Shown one piece after another: positions 62,414 to 64,000 of a DNA stretch of 64,000 nt (within the stretch, counting starts at the first letter, position 1; each line of letters begins with the position of its first letter). The DNA lies in contig JAMCXX010000002.1 in NCBI GenBank assembly GCA_023474425.1, positions 4,217 through 68,216 of the forward strand. The letters are read 5' to 3'. Under the pieces are notes generated by a model, which was not told the origin of the DNA, searched no databases, and saw only the letters and a program-made list of their open reading frames with translations. Position numbers and translations under genes: made by a program. Origin of the DNA: Patescibacteria group bacterium. Lineage in GTDB: Bacteria > Patescibacteriota > WWE3 > JAMCXX01.

Positions 62414-62442
62414 TTGATATTATAGGGTGTTAATGGTATAAT
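62414..62442 (+). promoter_or_regulatory. putative promoter
   Basis: TTGATA, 17-nt spacer, TATAAT, followed by SD GGAAAGGAG. Confidence 0.55.
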
Positions 62443-62473
62443 ATACTTATATTCCCTTGGAAAGGAGTACACA

Positions 62474-63001
62474 ATGGCCGAAATCCTAATCCTTCGGCAC
62501 AGCCAGTGGGATTACGTGCAAAACGGTAGGAATATAGGACTTAATGAAGAGGGCGTCAGTCAAGCTAGGAGTTTGGAAGCGGAGTTGGGAAAATTCGACC
62601 TTGTTTTAGCATCCGAATACCGGAGAGCCCAAGAGACAGCGGAGCATCTTAGCGACTTCTGCCTTTTCGTCAAACCCGTTCCGGAGTTGAATGAGCTGGA
62701 GTTTCCGGGAGAGTTTCCTACCGCCTCCGGATACACCAAGTTCGTTTTCGATGCTCATCTTGATGAAGCCCGGACTGCCGCAACCGCCGCCCTAAAGATG
62801 CTTCTGAAGATTCGGTCAAGCTCGCGTGTTCTGATCGTCAGCCACCGGACAAAGATGGTCGCTCTTTACGTTTTAATACATAAGGGAAAAATTGAAAAAG
62901 GTGATTGGTCAATGACGGACTTTGAACCGCTCGGGGGCTTTTATCTCTGGACGGACGGCAAAAAGATTACAGCGCAGGAACCATTTCACCCAAAACTGTG
63001 A
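62474..63001 (+). CDS. histidine phosphatase family protein
   Basis: N-terminal ILRHSQ (RHG-type motif) and a later H in VSHR. Confidence 0.7.
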   Translation: MAEILILRHSQWDYVQNGRNIGLNEEGVSQARSLEAELGKFDLVLASEYRRAQETAEHLSDFCLFVKPVPELNELEFPGEFPTASGYTKFVFDAHLDEARTAATAALKMLLKIRSSSRVLIVSHRTKMVALYVLIHKGKIEKGDWSMTDFEPLGGFYLWTDGKKITAQEPFHPKL

Positions 63002-63037
63002 AACACAAGGACGGCTGTCTTAATAGAGGCACCGTCC

Positions 63038-63583
63038 TTATTTCTTTTGGCGAGAAAGTTCTCGGTATTTCTTGTGGGCTTTAATGTATTTTAGGGCCTG
63101 CTCGACACGGCTCTCCACACCACCGGTAAGCTCAATAAACTTCAGTTTCTTGTTTAAAAGCAATTGACGGTAAACACGGTCTATTTCCTCTTGGAACCCA
63201 ACATCCAAACTCCTTAAACCGTCATCAACCAATCCGAACTCGATGGGCAGATAAAAAATCAAATCGTAATCCAAATTTCTTAAGATTATTTTTTCCAAAA
63301 CCCGTAAAACCTCTTCGTCCTTAATTGAAAAGGTTCCATAAACTAAATTATCCAACAGACTTTTCTCGGAAATCCAGGGGGCTTCTGTGTTCCTCTCCAA
63401 CTCAATTTGTTTAGAAAGTATCCAAAACTGCGTTTCGGGTGGAGTTTGCTCGTTTATTGCGAACTTTTTTTCATGAGCCTCACGGGCCACGTCGGGTATA
63501 AAATTAAATTCTAATATGCCGGAAATCCGTTTGGCCAGAGTCGTTTTGCCGGTTCCATGAGAACCAATAACGGCAATTTTCAT
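63038..63583 (-). CDS. P-loop NTPase (AAA_28/NadR-kinase-like)
   Basis: Walker A GSHGTGKTT. 181 aa. Confidence 0.6.
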   Translation of the reverse strand: MKIAVIGSHGTGKTTLAKRISGILEFNFIPDVAREAHEKKFAINEQTPPETQFWILSKQIELERNTEAPWISEKSLLDNLVYGTFSIKDEEVLRVLEKIILRNLDYDLIFYLPIEFGLVDDGLRSLDVGFQEEIDRVYRQLLLNKKLKFIELTGGVESRVEQALKYIKAHKKYRELSRQKK

Positions 63584-63596
63584 AAACCTTGCTGTC

Positions 63597-63866
63597 TTAC
63601 TTAAGTCCGGGGATGCCTAGGTCCCCCAAATCGCCCTGCATTTTTTTGGCGGCTTTTTTTTGAACATCCTTTAAGGCCTTGTTAACCACATCCCGAATCC
63701 GCTCATCACTTTGGCCGTCAACAAAAAAATCTTCCAAATGATTATCGCCGCGGATCCTTATTTTTATACCGCGCTCCTCCAAATCAAGATGAATTTCCTC
63801 CATTTTCTTTTTCATCTCGTCGGCCTTCTTTTTGAGTTCGTACATTTCTTTGAATCGATCTAACAT
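63597..63866 (-). CDS. YbaB/EbfC-like nucleoid-associated protein
   Basis: 89 aa with a coiled N-terminus and a C-terminal GDLGIPGLK tail, as in YbaB. Confidence 0.7.
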   Translation of the reverse strand: MLDRFKEMYELKKKADEMKKKMEEIHLDLEERGIKIRIRGDNHLEDFFVDGQSDERIRDVVNKALKDVQKKAAKKMQGDLGDLGIPGLK

Positions 63867-64000
63867 AAACAGAGTTTAAAGTTGAAAGTGGAAAATGGAA
63901 AGTTAAAAAAGCGAAAACTATCAACTTTCAACTCTCAATTTTCAACTAATTTAGGAATCCCTCGTACGATCTTGTGTCTACTTGTGATTTTACCTGTTTT

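Noticed and set aside
1-64000. CRISPR arrays, rRNA genes, transposases, integrases, reverse transcriptases/DGRs, and an alternative genetic code (UGA as sense).
   Set aside because: No regularly spaced direct repeats, no rRNA signatures, and no DDE, tyrosine-recombinase or YADD motifs appear in any tracked ORF. Long ORFs terminate normally at TGA, including the ATGA gene overlap at 32469-32472, so the standard code fits.

Overview
This is a densely coding bacterial chromosomal window that uses the standard genetic code (TGA acts as a stop). The gene content and style resemble a small-genome Patescibacteria/CPR-like organism, but that placement is inference only.

**Core genes**
- Housekeeping blocks: secDF-recJ, recA-recX-rny-ymdB, miaA/miaB, and an alpha/S10-type ribosomal protein block (adk-map-infA-rpmJ-rpsM-rpsK-rpsD-rpoA-rplQ-rplM-rpsI).
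- Also present: aspS, comM, a malic enzyme, a two-component system next to a MacAB-like efflux pump, a second ABC-2 exporter, an ApbE/FMN-bind/FNR flavinylation operon, and a 1177-aa surface protein.

**RNA genes I can support**
- RNase P RNA (minus strand, about 34753-35157).
- tRNA-Pro(GGG) (minus strand, 56425-56499).

**Most interesting non-obvious signals**
1. A canonical T-box antiterminator/terminator leader sits on the minus strand at about 16545-16745. It lies upstream of an unknown 89-aa ORF and aspS.
2. A family of about 100-130 nt structured repeats has compensatory and wobble covariation. Copies are at 8177, 10262 and 34631, with a divergent copy at 6642 and a flank-only fragment at 20137.
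3. A divergent cluster of nucleoside-2-deoxyribosyltransferase-like proteins lies at 30517-33437. It includes one fusion to a Ppx/GppA domain, one fusion to a possible RHH domain, and an unknown 322-aa partner.
4. A visibly AT-richer metal-resistance cassette (csoR-like, CPH-type P1B ATPase, YHS protein, orphan merA-like gene) is inserted beside the decayed remnant of a native P-type ATPase. It abuts a second, native-GC CsoR-controlled thiol/metal operon.
5. A duplicated structured leader precedes both rpsM and rpsD.

**Not found:** rRNA genes, CRISPR arrays, transposases, integrases or reverse transcriptases.

All domain calls come from motif recognition by eye. No database search was run.
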